Shown: positions 48,403-60,517 of the stretch, piece by piece | Layout of the letters: each line of letters opens with the position of its first letter | Numbering within the stretch: position 1 is the first letter of the stretch | NCBI RefSeq assembly: GCF_000281045.1 | Contig: NW_008246113.1 | Location: 253,720-317,719 of the forward strand | Reading direction: 5' to 3' | DNA from: Saprolegnia diclina VS20 | Lineage: Eukaryota | Length of the DNA: 64,000 bases | The notes under the pieces: model-generated | Told to the model about the DNA's origin: nothing | Database searches by the model: none | What the model saw: only the letters and a program-made list of their open reading frames with translations | Made by a program: the position numbers and the translations under genes

Positions 48403-50888
48403 CTCAACCTCATTCTTGCATTTGCTTTTGACCACCAAGCATGGTCGCTGCCAAGGAAACGGTGCTGCAGTCCGAGTCGGCCAACGTCGTCATGACGCCG
48501 GGCCTCGCGGGTCGGTCGCCCAACGCCGCCATTGACTACACGGACGCCGACGAAGAGATCAAGCTCGAAGAAGAGGACAAGACGTTCGCCAACCTCCCGT
48601 GGTACATGAAGCTGTTCTGGGGCATCTTTTACTTTGTGCTGGCCATGAGCTCGCTCTACTTTTTCATGGTCGCTGTCAAGTGGATCGGCGAGTCGTTCTC
48701 GCTCCTCCTCGGCTGCGAAGCCAAGTCGGCGTTCGCGTTTGCCGACAACCCGATCGCGGGTCTCATGGTCGGCGTCGTCTCGACCGCCATGCTGCACTCG
48801 TCCGGCACGGTCACGTCCATCACCGTCGCCCTCGTGGGCGCCAAGGGTCTCACCGTGCGCCAAGGCGTCCCGATCATCATGGGCGCCAACGTCGGCACGT
48901 GCGTGACCTGCATCATGGTCGCCTTTGCGCAGATGGGCAAGCGCGACCAGTTTGAGCGCGCGATGGCGGCCGCGACCGTCCACGACATGTACAACATCTG
49001 GTCGGTCATCGTCCTCTTCCCGATCGAGCTCGTCTTCCACCCGCTCGAGCTCCTCTCCATGTCCATGTCGGGCGGCAAGGCCAACGCGTACTTTGAGTCG
49101 CCCGTCGACATCATTGTCAACCCGCTCGCGCAGCAGCTCATCCGCGTCGACAAGAGCATGATTGAAAAGGTGTCGCTCGGCAAGGTCACGTGTGAGAAGG
49201 CGGTGTTTCTCAAGGGCGGCGCGTTCCTCTCGTCGTACAAGAGCGGCTCGATGAGCGGCGGTGCCATCGGTGGCATCTGCCTCGCGATCGGCTTTACGCT
49301 CCTCGTCATGTCGCTCGTCTCGCTTGTCTACATGCTCCAAAAGCTCTTCCGCGGCTCGGCGCAAAAGACGATCCGCAAGGCGCTCGACTTTAACGGCTAC
49401 GTCAACATCTTCCTCGGCACGCTCATCACGTTCTGCGTGCACTCGTCGACGGTGGTCACCTCGACCTTGACGCCGATGGCCGGTCTCGGGCTCATCACGC
49501 TCGAGCAGGTGTACCCGATCGTGATTGGCGCCAACCTCGGCACGACCGTGACGGCGCTGCTCGCGTCGTGGGTGACGGGGTCGCCGGACGCTGTCGCGAT
49601 CGCGCTCGTGCACTTTTGGTTCAACATCTGGGGCATCTTCCTCTTCTACCCGATCCCGATCACGCGCAAGCCGATCCTGGACTGGGCGCGCCGCCTCGCC
49701 TTCTACAGCGCGCGGTGGCCGATGGTCGCAGGTCTCTTTCTGATGCTGCTCTTTTTGATCGTACCGGGCATCGCGCTCGCCTTGACGTACCTCTTCAAGG
49801 CTGGCACGACCGGTCTTGTCTTTGGCATCATCATTGTCGCCGCTGTCGTCGTGAGTATCGCGGGCTTTTACTACTGGTACCTCAAGAAGGGCGGCCGCGA
49901 AGTGTGGCACGCCTTCTTGGAGCGCAAGGCCGAGGCCCACGCCGCCAAGCACGGCCACGCGCACCCGGCGGCCGACAAGCCGCTCGTTTAATATCGTGGG
50001 ATCGACGATCGATGTCGATATCCAGTCGTTTGTTTCTCTTTCATATACAGTGTTTGTTTTGCGATCGGTGCACTGTTTCTTGTTGACAGAATCTCTCCTT
50101 CTCCGGACAGTGGTTAAATCATTTCTGAGCCGCATTCTGAAACAGTGTTTTGCACATCACAAACAGTGCATTGAAACGTCGGTGTGATGTGAGCGCTACA
50201 TGGCGATGGTCGGCAGTTCGTTCCATTCTCTTGAAGACGCTTGAGCAGCAGTGGCTGGTAGTGTGCATACTGTGCAGGTGTCGCGGTTCTGGTGCGCGTG
50301 AGCGCCTTGGCAGTCGCAAGAGCCGTCAATGTAGGGTTTGGGATCCGGCGCCTCGAATAGGACAAAATTGGTGCGACGCTTGCAAACGCTGAGCCACTGG
50401 CGTCGACAGCGGCGATGACCCTCTTGAAGAAGATGATGTCGACTGGAGGCTTGGTCCGTGCAGGAGCTCGTGCGCTCTCCGCATCTCCTCATACGTGGGT
50501 GTGGCGTCGAGGCCCTGCGCTTCTTCACTCGTTTGGCTTTGGACATCGAGGAGACTGGAACTGAAACTAACTATACTACACATAACACGGTCGAATCTTG
50601 TGTGGGTCCGTCGTGACGCGCCTTCAGCGGCGGCTTTGGCGGCAGCAGAGGCATCTGACTGCAAACGCTGTTTCGTATAAACAGTGTTTGGAAGGTCAAT
50701 GCAGAGTTTCATGTCGTTTTGAGATAAGGGTTTACTACATGTGTGAAGCGCGACGATGTAATCCTACTAGCGATGATGTGCGAGTGTCATTGACTTGGCT
50801 AATGGGCTGCGTGAGGCGGACTGTTCACTTGGAATAAGAAATTACACACTGCTACATGGCGGTTGTCGGCGGTTCGATACCAAATTCG
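48403..50888. repeat. Right arm of ~2.5 kb inverted repeat
   Basis: Reverse complement of 43125..45609 with scattered substitutions and a 1-nt indel near 50450. Confidence 0.95.
48441..49991 (+). CDS. Na+/phosphate cotransporter, SLC34/NptA family, copy 2
   Basis: 516 aa; differs from copy 1 at three positions seen (TAVL/TAML, NVW/NIW, WPVV/WPMV). Confidence 0.93.
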   Translation: MVAAKETVLQSESANVVMTPGLAGRSPNAAIDYTDADEEIKLEEEDKTFANLPWYMKLFWGIFYFVLAMSSLYFFMVAVKWIGESFSLLLGCEAKSAFAFADNPIAGLMVGVVSTAMLHSSGTVTSITVALVGAKGLTVRQGVPIIMGANVGTCVTCIMVAFAQMGKRDQFERAMAAATVHDMYNIWSVIVLFPIELVFHPLELLSMSMSGGKANAYFESPVDIIVNPLAQQLIRVDKSMIEKVSLGKVTCEKAVFLKGGAFLSSYKSGSMSGGAIGGICLAIGFTLLVMSLVSLVYMLQKLFRGSAQKTIRKALDFNGYVNIFLGTLITFCVHSSTVVTSTLTPMAGLGLITLEQVYPIVIGANLGTTVTALLASWVTGSPDAVAIALVHFWFNIWGIFLFYPIPITRKPILDWARRLAFYSARWPMVAGLFLMLLFLIVPGIALALTYLFKAGTTGLVFGIIIVAAVVVSIAGFYYWYLKKGGREVWHAFLERKAEAHAAKHGHAHPAADKPLV

Positions 50889-52027
50889 CGGAAAAGGTCG
50901 AGTAGCGGCGCTGTGTCGTCGGTGTACGTGCGAAGGAGGTTGGCGTCAATGGAGGCGACGTCAAGGCGGAAGCCGTGCGAGAGAAGACAGCGCGCGACGC
51001 TCAGGCGCTTTCTTCACAGGGCTGAGGACACCGCTCCGTGCGGCACCGAGACCCGACCGGAGGCCAAGAGCTGCTCCACAATATCCACGTGGCTACGGCG
51101 CAGTGCTGCAGCGAACGCGACCTGGACTTGAAGGCTGTCGTCGTCCAGTGAGAGGAGGTATGCGACGATGTCGCGTCGGTTGTAGGCTGCCGCCACCACA
51201 ATGGTGTACTGGCGTGGCCCGGCTCCACACTCCTCAAGGAGAAAACGGACGACGTCGAGGTGGTCACTCTTAATAGCTTGCTCGACGGCGTCGATGGAGC
51301 ACGTATGGCCATCGCGATGGAGCATCTGAACGAATGCGAGCATGCCACTGCAGGCTGCCTCGTTCACGAGCTCAGCAAAGTGCGTCTCGGGCATTTGCGA
51401 GTAGAGGAACGTTGCGACGTCCAACGAGCGCATGAGGAGGGCCTTGCGCAAGGTATTGTCTGTCCACCCTTTGCGCGTGTACGCTCGCAGCAGCTCAAGA
51501 TGGGCTACAGAGCAGTGGGATACCACACAACGTATTGGCAAGTGCTGCCCGATGGGACTGTCGTAGCCGTTTGGTGTCCACGGAAACAAGTGCTCGCCAA
51601 GCTGCGGTAGATGCTGGCGTAAGGTCATGAGGTACGAGGCAATCTCAAAGCGGCTGTGGCAGAAGGCGACGTCGATGGCCTCGGCGGAGGCGAGGTCTGG
51701 GCGACAGGCCAGAATGCGCCGCGTCACGGAGAAGTCGCCTTCGTAGATCGCAAGATGCAGTGGAAGTCGCGCATCGCGCAAGCAATCGCGAGCTAAGCCG
51801 AGTGTGTACGGGGACAGGAAGGTAATAGGCATTGTCGGATCGTCGCTGTCGTAGATGGGCCGAAAGCCCGGCGGGAAGACGTAGACACTGGCGCGGTTGG
51901 AAGACGTCGTGACCAACTCCACGGTGCGCGCCTCGAGAAAGCGACACCGGATGTCTTCGTAGACGCCAAATTGGAAGCCAAAGAGGAGCGCAGTCAGCGG
52001 CGCCGACGTCAGCACGACGCTCGCCAT
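50852..52027 (-). CDS. Family-B ankyrin-like gene with in-frame TGA at 51014-51016 (truncated or possible pseudogene)
   Basis: Paralogue of 42005..43159. After AVSSAL-TGA the same frame continues RKRLSVARCLLSHG..EFGIEPPTTAM*. Confidence 0.8.
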
Positions 52028-52945
52028 GGTGCAAAATGAAGAATGTGGGGCCCGACATTCCGTGATTCGGATGCGTGGCTTTGTCCCGAATACAAAAAAC
52101 AAGCTTATGACGTGGCAAGCTAATGGATGTTTTCGATGCGCATTCAAACGAAGCCATTTGCCGATGGATTTGCACCTGCTACTGATGAACCTTTCTATAC
52201 ATGTATTGTACAAGTATGCAACAAGTCGACCTTGCTAATCGTGAACAGCGAGTAACTCTAAACGCCGTGGTCGCCCTTGTGTTCTAACGAGAGTCCGCGT
52301 CCAGAATCATCAGTCAACGCACTCGGCATGTTAGCGTTGATCGAGTCGACGTCGTCACTCAAAAGAGATGGCTTTGTGGAGGGCAAGGTGGAGACCCACA
52401 CCACTAACGACTCACCAGTCGACACGAAGCTTGTGCATAGCTCGCATAGCGAGATCGGTATCAAACCACCAACAATAGGAGACACAGTATGGCATACCTA
52501 CCTCTAGTCAATGACGTGGCGCGTCCTTTCGTCGTGTACACTTTGCCAGCAAATAGTCGCGATCGCAACATCTTGCACGATCCACTGCCACGTACCCTTG
52601 GACGTACCTTGAGCTGCAGCACGCATACAAGAAATACCGTCGCTTGGCAGACGAAGGAGATGGAGGTCTAGGCTCCTTGGATACAAACATCGAGATCCGA
52701 CGCTCTCGCCTCGAATGGCTTCCGCTACTGACAGCTGAATGCGAAGTGCAGACGATACCCCCTTTATCTTACCCTGAGGTCGACCTGGACCTCCTTTCTT
52801 TAGATGAGCGCGATGGTAGTATACAGCCATCGACGACCTTTGTCCCTCCCGAGCCAACCTATTACCACTGCAAGCGCAGTTGCAGAGGGCCTCATCTACC
52901 TCGTTCATCACTACCATCTTGCTGCATCCCAGAGCGAGGCCCCGA

Positions 52946-53612
52946 CTACGCGAGCATGCTTCGCCAAGCAAGCACTCCCCGGGGTTGGCCTCGTCCGACC
53001 TCCAGTCCTTCGAGACCCCTTGCCTCGCTCGCCACTGCTCGAGAGAGGGCTGATGCCCGTCTTCCTACTGCGTACCTACATGCGTCGACGCATGCGACTG
53101 CTTGTCCAGGCGTCGTTATGTCTCCTACATGGCCCATGAAGCATGTTGCAGTCGTCATCGACAAGGGTCGTCGGAGCAAGTCGCTGCCTGCATTTCCTCG
53201 ATCAAGATGCAAGGGATGGCTACCCGTGGATGAGAAAGTCGCCGGCGAGCGCGGCGCGGCCGGCTTGGCGGTAGTTGCGGTCGGTCGGCGTGTGCGACGA
53301 GCGGAAGACGTGCGCGACCATGATGGGCCCGTCCTTGTCGCGGGCCTCGGCGACAACGAGGCGGAGGCGGACGTCGAGGTCCATGCAGCTCGCCATGGTG
53401 CGCTGGCGCTGGCTCTTGCGCAGCTCAAAGCCGAGGGCCCGCGTCAAGTCCTCGAACGTCGTCGTCGCCGGCCGCGAGAGCACGTCGTTCTTGACGTCGT
53501 TGACCTTGTTCTGCATTGCAGTCTTGTGGAAGCCGTCTTCGTAGACCTGGTCCTTTAGAACCGCCCAGCGCCAGCGTAGGACGCCCTTGGTCGTGGCGGT
53601 ACGGTCGAGCAT
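52946..53612 (-). CDS. Hypothetical protein, probably spliced; boundaries uncertain
   Basis: ORF 53220..53753 has coding-like codon bias (DQVYEDGFHK..LDVRLRLVVAE) and a plausible GT-AG junction into the 52946..53428 frame. Confidence 0.4.
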
Positions 53613-54163
53613 CGTCGGTTTGTCGTCGGAGGTGGTACTACTACGACTCTCGAGCAGCTGCCAATCGCGAAATGCTCGTTCGCATCTGCCAACTCGGCGC
53701 CGACCCCAAGGCGCATGAAGCGTGAGGCGACCATCGCGATGCGAGAGACGCAAGCGCTAGGAAGCCAAAGCCGTTGCATCGGCATTCGCTGGCCATGTCG
53801 GCGGCGTGCACCGGCCGACATGGAGCCATCGGCGCGTCGGTCGACTGCAACTTCAACCCTTGAAGGTGGCAAGCATGCCCAGGCGACGACCGTCGATTCG
53901 CCTAATACGAGACAAAGACCACGTCGCTACTCGCCGGCGCAGACGCCTCGCATCCGCTTGGCGCGGCCGCATTATCTCTGCGTGGCTGCCTCCACGAGGG
54001 CCAGCATGCGCGGAGGAGGCTGGCGTCGGCGAGGGCCATCGCTTGCTCGCTGCTGGTATCAACACGCAACAGCACCATGAAGCAAATCAACGTCATGGTG
54101 GTATATTGGTGGCACGTCTGGGTTTACTTCTTCATTTGGCAGATATCTCGCGTCGATGGCTTC

Positions 54164-55351
54164 TTACTCCATCAACAAGACGACCTTGCGCTTCGTCGAC
54201 CGGTTCATGACCTTCTCCAAGGCGCCGTCAAAGTCGCTGAACGGGTGCGTCTCGACCCACGTGCGCAGCTTGCCCGCCGCCATCAAGTCTGCCAGTTCCT
54301 ACGTTCACCACAGCATGAGCTCGCCATAGACATATGGGCGGATCACGGACCTTGAGCATGGCCTTGCGCTCCTCGACGGGCGCGTGCTTGGCCCACTCCG
54401 TCATCCAAAAGCCGCGGAGCGAAATGTCGTTGAAGACGAGCGCCGTCGTCGACGTCATGACGGGCTCGCGGGCCATGCCGCCGTACGTGACAGCGACGCC
54501 GCCCTTGGCGAGGACCTTGGTGATCTCGAGGCCGTTCTGGCCGCCGACGCAGTTGAAGGCGGCCTTGGGCGACGGGAGGTCGGCAATGAGGCGCTTGAAG
54601 TCGGCCGAGCCGAGGTAGTGGTCGGCGATGACGACCGTGGCGCCCAAGCCCTTGAGGTGCTCGACCGTCTCGGCGTAGTCGGTATCCTCGCGGATGACGT
54701 TGATCGTCTGGATGCCGCGGAGGGCCGCGAGCTGGATCACGGCCTGGCCGACGGCCGAGTTGGCGCCGTTCTGGATGATGACGTCGCCCTTGCTAAGCTT
54801 GGCAAAGTCGGCCAAGAGGCGGTACGCCGTGCACGGGTTCACCTACAACGCGCTTGCGTCGGTCCACGTCCAACCTCCAACGGCGCTCGTACCGCCAACG
54901 TGGCCGCGTATTCAACAGGGATCGACTCGGGCACGACAAGCACCTCCGCTTCCTTGGCAACGGCCTCCGTGCGCCACGTGCCAAAGCCAGCAGCGGCAGG
55001 GATGACACGGTCGCCGACCTTGAGCGTCGAGACGGCCTGGCCGACCGCCGTGACGCGGGCGACACCCTCGTTACCGCCAATGGCAGGCAGCGCAGCCTTG
55101 ATGCCGTAGCCACCCATGACCATGCTCAGGTCGGCGGGGTTCACGGGCGCGGCCAAGAACTTGAGCGCAACCTCGTGCTGGCCGAGCGTCTTGGGCAAAA
55201 GGCCCACATCCTCGACCCTACTCGAAGCATGAGCCTCCAACGCACGCGCAACATGGAGCGCCTACTTGAGGACTTCCGTGGGCACGCCTTGCGCGTGGTA
55301 GCGGACGGCCGTCGCGAAGCGGCGATGAAGGACGGCGGCGCGGGACAGCAT
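54164..55351 (-). CDS. MECR: Mitochondrial trans-2-enoyl-CoA/ACP reductase (MDR family), 4 exons
   Basis: Transit-like MLSRAAVLHRRFA; FLAAPVNPADL, GGNEGV, GFGTWR, NPCTAYRLL, QNGANSAVGQAVIQ, NCVGG, VTYGGM, LRGFWM. Confidence 0.92.
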
Positions 55352-57021
55352 GGCGCAGGTGGATGGACAGCCAGCAAAAACGGTTTGTGGTGGGCATTTG
55401 CTCAGTCATTTGTATCGGATTATAGAGGTTTTGAGGGACCCCACCAGGGACCGATCGCAAAGATGGATAGTACACTATTTAACGTATGGAATGCTACCAT
55501 CGTGCGTAGCCTTCTCTGCATGCCATGTCGAGCCTACTCATTGCGTGCAATCATTGTCCACGCACTTGTTGGACGGATAGCCGCTCTCAACTCGCTAGTG
55601 AAAGCGCAAAACGTACCTGAACGACGCAGCATCAAAGTTTAGTACACTATTTCCGACGATTACGAAGGAGGGGGCCCATCAAATCGATGACATGCAAAGT
55701 GAGAGGTTTTCGCCCAATTCATTGTTCGAATTTGATTTTATGCACTTTTGATTATATATTTGTATTCTGCAATAAATGTATTGATTAAAATATGCTTTTT
55801 ATTACGATGGCGATTGAGATTTGCTTTTGAAGGCAACCGCAAGTGAGGATCGATGCCGAAGGGAGCTCGACCAGGGGTCATCACCGCCTTGTGGATGACC
55901 CTTGGGGCTGCATGTACATGGGCCATGCGCTCCTCTACGCATGACATAGGTGCTGCGGTGGTTGGCGGTATCGCGCAATGCACCATGGTCGGCGAAACTG
56001 CGCTGGCGGTGCGACCATGAGCTGCAGCACGAACGAGAAGGCGAGCCAGGAAAGCCAGAGGTAGAAGCCCACGAAGCTCAGCAATGGTAGCGTCGGGAGA
56101 CTGTGGGCGTAGAAGAGTGCGAGCCGCCGGAACGAGCGGTCGCCGCCGAGGATCCACGAGCCCGACACGATGCAGGCGGGTGGCGCACGCTGTGTGGGCA
56201 GCGCTTATACAAAAGCAACGCAGCAAGCTCCAGGAATGGGTCGTATGCGAGGCTGTGCTGGATACGAAATGGCCGTGGCGAACGTGGTCGAGGCGTACGC
56301 ACGCCTACGTTCGGAGCTGCTAGGAACCTCGGCGTGGTGCGCAGATTGCTTCTCAAGATGGGTCGCAGCTGCATTGCATCACCGCCAGTGTGGACAGGAC
56401 GCAGTGGGCGACACGCAAACGCGAGCAGTGGATCTCTCTTGCTTGAGCGCAAAGAACAGCGCCATGGAATCCTATCACTCTCGTCCGTGTGCTGGTTTGA
56501 GTGGGCGCCTTCCTCGACCCCAGTGGTCACATGATCGGGAAGCACGCATCATTGTCATCGCCCTAGCGCTAGGTTGAGCACATGCCGTGTACGCCACCGG
56601 CGAGCAAACGTCCACGCCATCCGAATTACAACGCCATCAGGAACAAGCGAGGAGTCCTTGAGAAAAGAGGCACGGTGCGCCAAGTCTGTTCCTCCGCCGT
56701 CGCGCCTCGTCACACGTGGAATCATCGATCGCGACGACACAGTCAAATTGTACGAGCAACACGTCACCGTGCGTCCTTATGTGCGCTCCTCGGCATCGAT
56801 GGACGTATCACACTGCTGTGCCCCATAGACGAGCCACGGGCTATGAGCATCGCCGTGCCTTGACGTGCTCACGCAGCGCTCCATGGGACTGGGATTGGCC
56901 ACAGCCACACGCACCTGTATGACGCTTCCTTGCTGCGTTCCGTCCGCCCACCGAAGGACAACGACGACGTGCGATGTTGAAGTTGGTCATCGAACCCGCA
57001 GAAGCCACTTGGCAACTTACC

Positions 57022-57675
57022 ATGCGACGCACAGCGACCAAGTCGGTGACGCCAACGGCGTGGACGACGCTGCTCGAGCAGCCTGATGTGTTTCGCGTCA
57101 TCACAGCGTTCCAACATGGCCTGCCGCGCGACCTGGCCAAGGCGTGCGCGCGCCAAGCACGCATTCTCGACGACCTCTGCTACTCGCTCAACCCGTGGCT
57201 CGCCCAGTACAGCGCCAAGCCCGTCTTCTACTGCCGCGTGCTCTTCAAACTCATAGCAGACGGCCATCTCGGTCGTGCCCACCGCCTCCTCGACGCCGCG
57301 CCAGCGCTCACAACGCCCCAAGGCGACTGGGCCTTTCTCTACGCGATCGACGCGGCCGCGCGTCTCGGCGACCTTGGCCTCGTCCGGCGGCTCCACGCGC
57401 GCGGCCTCGGGCGGTGCACGACAGCAGCCATGGACGCCGCTGCCGCCGCCGGGCACCTCGAGATGGTCGTCTTCCTCGGCGACCACCGGACCGAAGGCTG
57501 CACGCAGGAGGGGCTCGAACGCGCATGGAAAGGGCAGTTTGTCGACATCGTTGCGTATTTGGAGGCCAAGTACCCGCAGCTCATATGCCGGAAGAAGCGC
57601 CATTGGCAACACGTCGTGCGCACATGGTCTCGCAAGGCCCAGACGCTGCTGACCGCGCCACCCGTCGTCTCCTAG
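57022..57675 (+). CDS. Ankyrin-like repeat protein, family A-related, no CaaX
   Basis: LLEQPDVFRVITAFQHGLP; IDAAARLGDL; CTTAAMDAAAAAGHLEMVVFL..RTEGCT; ends PPVVS*. Confidence 0.85.
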   Translation: MRRTATKSVTPTAWTTLLEQPDVFRVITAFQHGLPRDLAKACARQARILDDLCYSLNPWLAQYSAKPVFYCRVLFKLIADGHLGRAHRLLDAAPALTTPQGDWAFLYAIDAAARLGDLGLVRRLHARGLGRCTTAAMDAAAAAGHLEMVVFLGDHRTEGCTQEGLERAWKGQFVDIVAYLEAKYPQLICRKKRHWQHVVRTWSRKAQTLLTAPPVVS

Positions 57676-58104
57676 TCGCTTGCTAGTCGTTGTCCATGTC
57701 GTGTCGTAATAAACACCGCTTGTCTATCTTGTGGGTTGGGGCACCTTGCTCGCCGAGGTCCTGCGGCCGCTGGGGCAATGCAGCGTGGAACGTTCTGAAG
57801 CTACTTGGTGCTCGTGCTGGTCCGACGAACTCGGAAGCCGACCGACGACGGTGGCGCCAGTCGCGGCAACGGCGACTCAGATGCGTGAGAAAACACATGG
57901 TCATCAGCACGAACCCAGCCATGCACCCTTTTTGACAGGATACGGCTTGCACTCCTCTGTCGGGTGGTCCGAGTACAGGAGCCTGCGTACGACCTCGCGC
58001 GAGCTATGACTCGGCGAGTGGGGTCACAGGATGGATCTCTCCGGGCGCAGCTCACTCCCAACGACCAAGTGCTGGAGCCAACGCCCACCCATTCGGGCGT
58101 AGCG

Positions 58105-58154
58105 CTACGTATGCGAAGTCTTTGTGTCATAATGAAGATAACGCGGAACACGTT
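58105..58154 (-). repeat. Dispersed repeat, copy 2 (core only)
   Basis: CTACGTATGCGAAGTC..GAAGATAACGCGGAACACGTT followed by TA-rich sequence. Confidence 0.8.
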
Positions 58155-58178
58155 TATATTATATATATATGGTTCCGC

Positions 58179-58672
58179 ATGCGAGCTACGCACGCGACTC
58201 GGCATCGCGCTCGTCGTCTTGACCAACACGAGATGACGCAGTTTCAGGGCGGCCTGTCTGAAGCGCTTGCGACGGCGCACCGAATGGCAGGACACGGCGC
58301 CGTCTTGTGCAAGCCAAAGGCCAGCACGCGGCACTGGCGATGCAGCTCTAGCCAACGTTTCTGCAACAGCGCGATATTGCCGTTGACCCGGCGACGAGGT
58401 GTTTACGATGGACCGTGCCGCGGCGGCCCACAGCGTCGCACTCCTCGAGACGCTGCGTAAACGCCGGCTCGGGCGTTGCTCGACCAACGCCCTCCACGTC
58501 GCGGCACTGGTCCACGATTCGGTTCCTTGTGACGCATCGCGCGGAAGCAAGTCGCGCCTTCTTCGACGACATCTTCCACAGCTACGACGTCGTTGCCTAC
58601 TTGCGCATGCATCGACTGGACTGTGGGTATGTCCTCAAGCAGCCACCGCTGCAGTCGCGTGTCGTCCAGTGA
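58179..58672 (+). pseudogene. Decayed family-A ankyrin-like gene
   Basis: Fragments VVLTNT*, TQFQGGL, FTMDRAAAAHSVALLETL..LGRCSTNAL and YDVVAYL..LQSRVVQ* are split across frames. Confidence 0.75.
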
Positions 58673-59175
58673 GCCAAGGTGTGTTCTTTCTTGTCGATGG
58701 TTTGAGGAAGTGACATTAGTCATCGACACGACGGGTCATGTACTTTAGCGATGGTTCAATATGCTAGCTGGAGTCAATGTCCTTGATGGTGCGAATGTCA
58801 ATCAACGCTGTAGGACGCGTCGTGGGGCGGAGCCGTCGCGAGCTGGCGGTAGGGCTAGGGTTGCCACGGCGAGGGATGGGGTAGTCTTGGACGGGGTACT
58901 CCTGCCAGCTGGAGGCCGCTACAACTCAAAAACGCTAGGCCTCTTGAGTGGTATCGGCTGTCATCAAGAGAGGCTCATGATAACGAAAATGTTGCTTCTG
59001 ATGATCGATCGAGCATCGCAAGAGACTACGAGGTGTGGAGCAAACCTAGCTTTCGTCGATGACGCGCTTAGAGACAACCGCCCGTCATCGCCTTGGCACG
59101 CACGCTACCCGTAGGCAACCGAGAGCTCACTTTCCACCCACACAATATGACTTTTCATACAGTTGGCACGTTACA

Positions 59176-59877
59176 CTAGACCACGGACCGGCCCCACGTC
59201 CAGCGCTTCTGACAAAACCGGCACAACATCGCCGCGCAGCCCGACCGGCGATCCGTAAAGATGCCGCAGTGGGGGCACTGCTGGTAGCGCCAGTCGCGTG
59301 CGCAGTGGTAAAAGGCAACGTCGTCGGCCGTGAGTGGCCCCGTCGTCTTGCAGAGGCGCTGGTACTCGGCGCACGACAAGCCGAGGTGCCAGCGGCAATG
59401 GCACGTGCTGCAGAGCTCGGTGCGGCAGCGCGCACACGGCACGCGCGGCTTGAGCCCCGCCACACTCACGTACTGGCACTCGGGGCAGGCGACGCCACGG
59501 CCTTTATGGAGGCGGTACATTTGTGCGACACGCGACCGCGTCTCCGGGGGCAGCGTGAGGCCGCGTACGTGGCACGGCCCAATCACCTCGCTGCAGCCCT
59601 GGACAGGACAGGTCATCGGGCCCGGAAAAGACAAGTACTGGCGCAAACACGCGACGCAGACGCAGTGGCGGCACGGTAGCTCGTGCCATGCGTCGTGATC
59701 CAACCGCGGTCGACGCAGCACGGCGCGGAGGAGGGCACTGTACCACGCGACGGGCGTGCACGCGTCGTAGCAGATGACGCAGGTCGTGTGCGCCTTGGGG
59801 CCCATTGAATGCACTCTGGCCAAATGACCGTTGGATGGGACAGAAGGCGACCCATCACGGCCGCCGCCCCGTCCCAT
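59176..59877 (-). CDS. Minimal RBR (RING-IBR-RING2) E3 ubiquitin ligase-like protein
   Basis: CVICYD..LPCRHCVCVACL..CPVQGC; CPEC..CARC..LCSTC..WHLGLSC; QCPHC..SGCAAMLCRFC. Start could be 59805. Confidence 0.8.
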   Translation of the reverse strand: MGRGGGRDGSPSVPSNGHLARVHSMGPKAHTTCVICYDACTPVAWYSALLRAVLRRPRLDHDAWHELPCRHCVCVACLRQYLSFPGPMTCPVQGCSEVIGPCHVRGLTLPPETRSRVAQMYRLHKGRGVACPECQYVSVAGLKPRVPCARCRTELCSTCHCRWHLGLSCAEYQRLCKTTGPLTADDVAFYHCARDWRYQQCPHCGIFTDRRSGCAAMLCRFCQKRWTWGRSVV

Positions 59878-60517
59878 GCGAAGCCGAAAGCCGGGCTAGA
59901 ACGGCAAAGCCTGGAAGAGCAATATGCTCTTTTGCAAGACAGTGGACTCTATGCTGTGCTACTGGGCGGTGCTTCGTTGAGCCGAGTTATCGAGCGAGCA
60001 TCAAGCCAAGTGCTGGTATTCTGTTGTGTGCAGCGTTTCCGTACAGAATCTTGAAACAGAATACCAGCTCGAAATGCTGTTCTCGCGCTTGCAACTTGGC
60101 CGCTTGCTCGTACCAAATGCTGCTTGGCGATGCTTGAATAAGACCCGACGAAGCGCTCGGTGGCCTACAAAATCGTGGTGATCGTGCAACGTTTGGCTGC
60201 GTTGCTGTCGTGAAACATGCAACTTACACGTGTGCAGCGCGATCCACTGTATCGAAACGCTGGATGTTCAACTGAATTCCGCACTGCATCAACAAGGTAG
60301 GACACCAACGCAGCGACAACCCTTTCCACGTCTATTATGTAGCATAACCTTATAACATACGAGTGTCGAGATCAATTCACCAAAGGTGTGAGGACACTGT
60401 ATAGAAGAAAGTCTGTCAGACGTCTGTGTCCTGTTGGTGGCCGTGTCTAGCTGCGACACGCGCGTCCTGGCCAATCCTCGGTCAACCAGGCGACCAGAGT
60501 ACAAATTGCCGTCCACC

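Noticed and set aside
50114..50712. Mirror copy of the 43299..43898 ORF
   Set aside because: A 1-nt deletion (GCCCT vs GCCT near 50450) splits it, and there is no domain; not counted as a gene.
55900..56850. Possible minus-strand gene with a hydrophobic segment
   Set aside because: No consistent exon chain or domain could be assembled.
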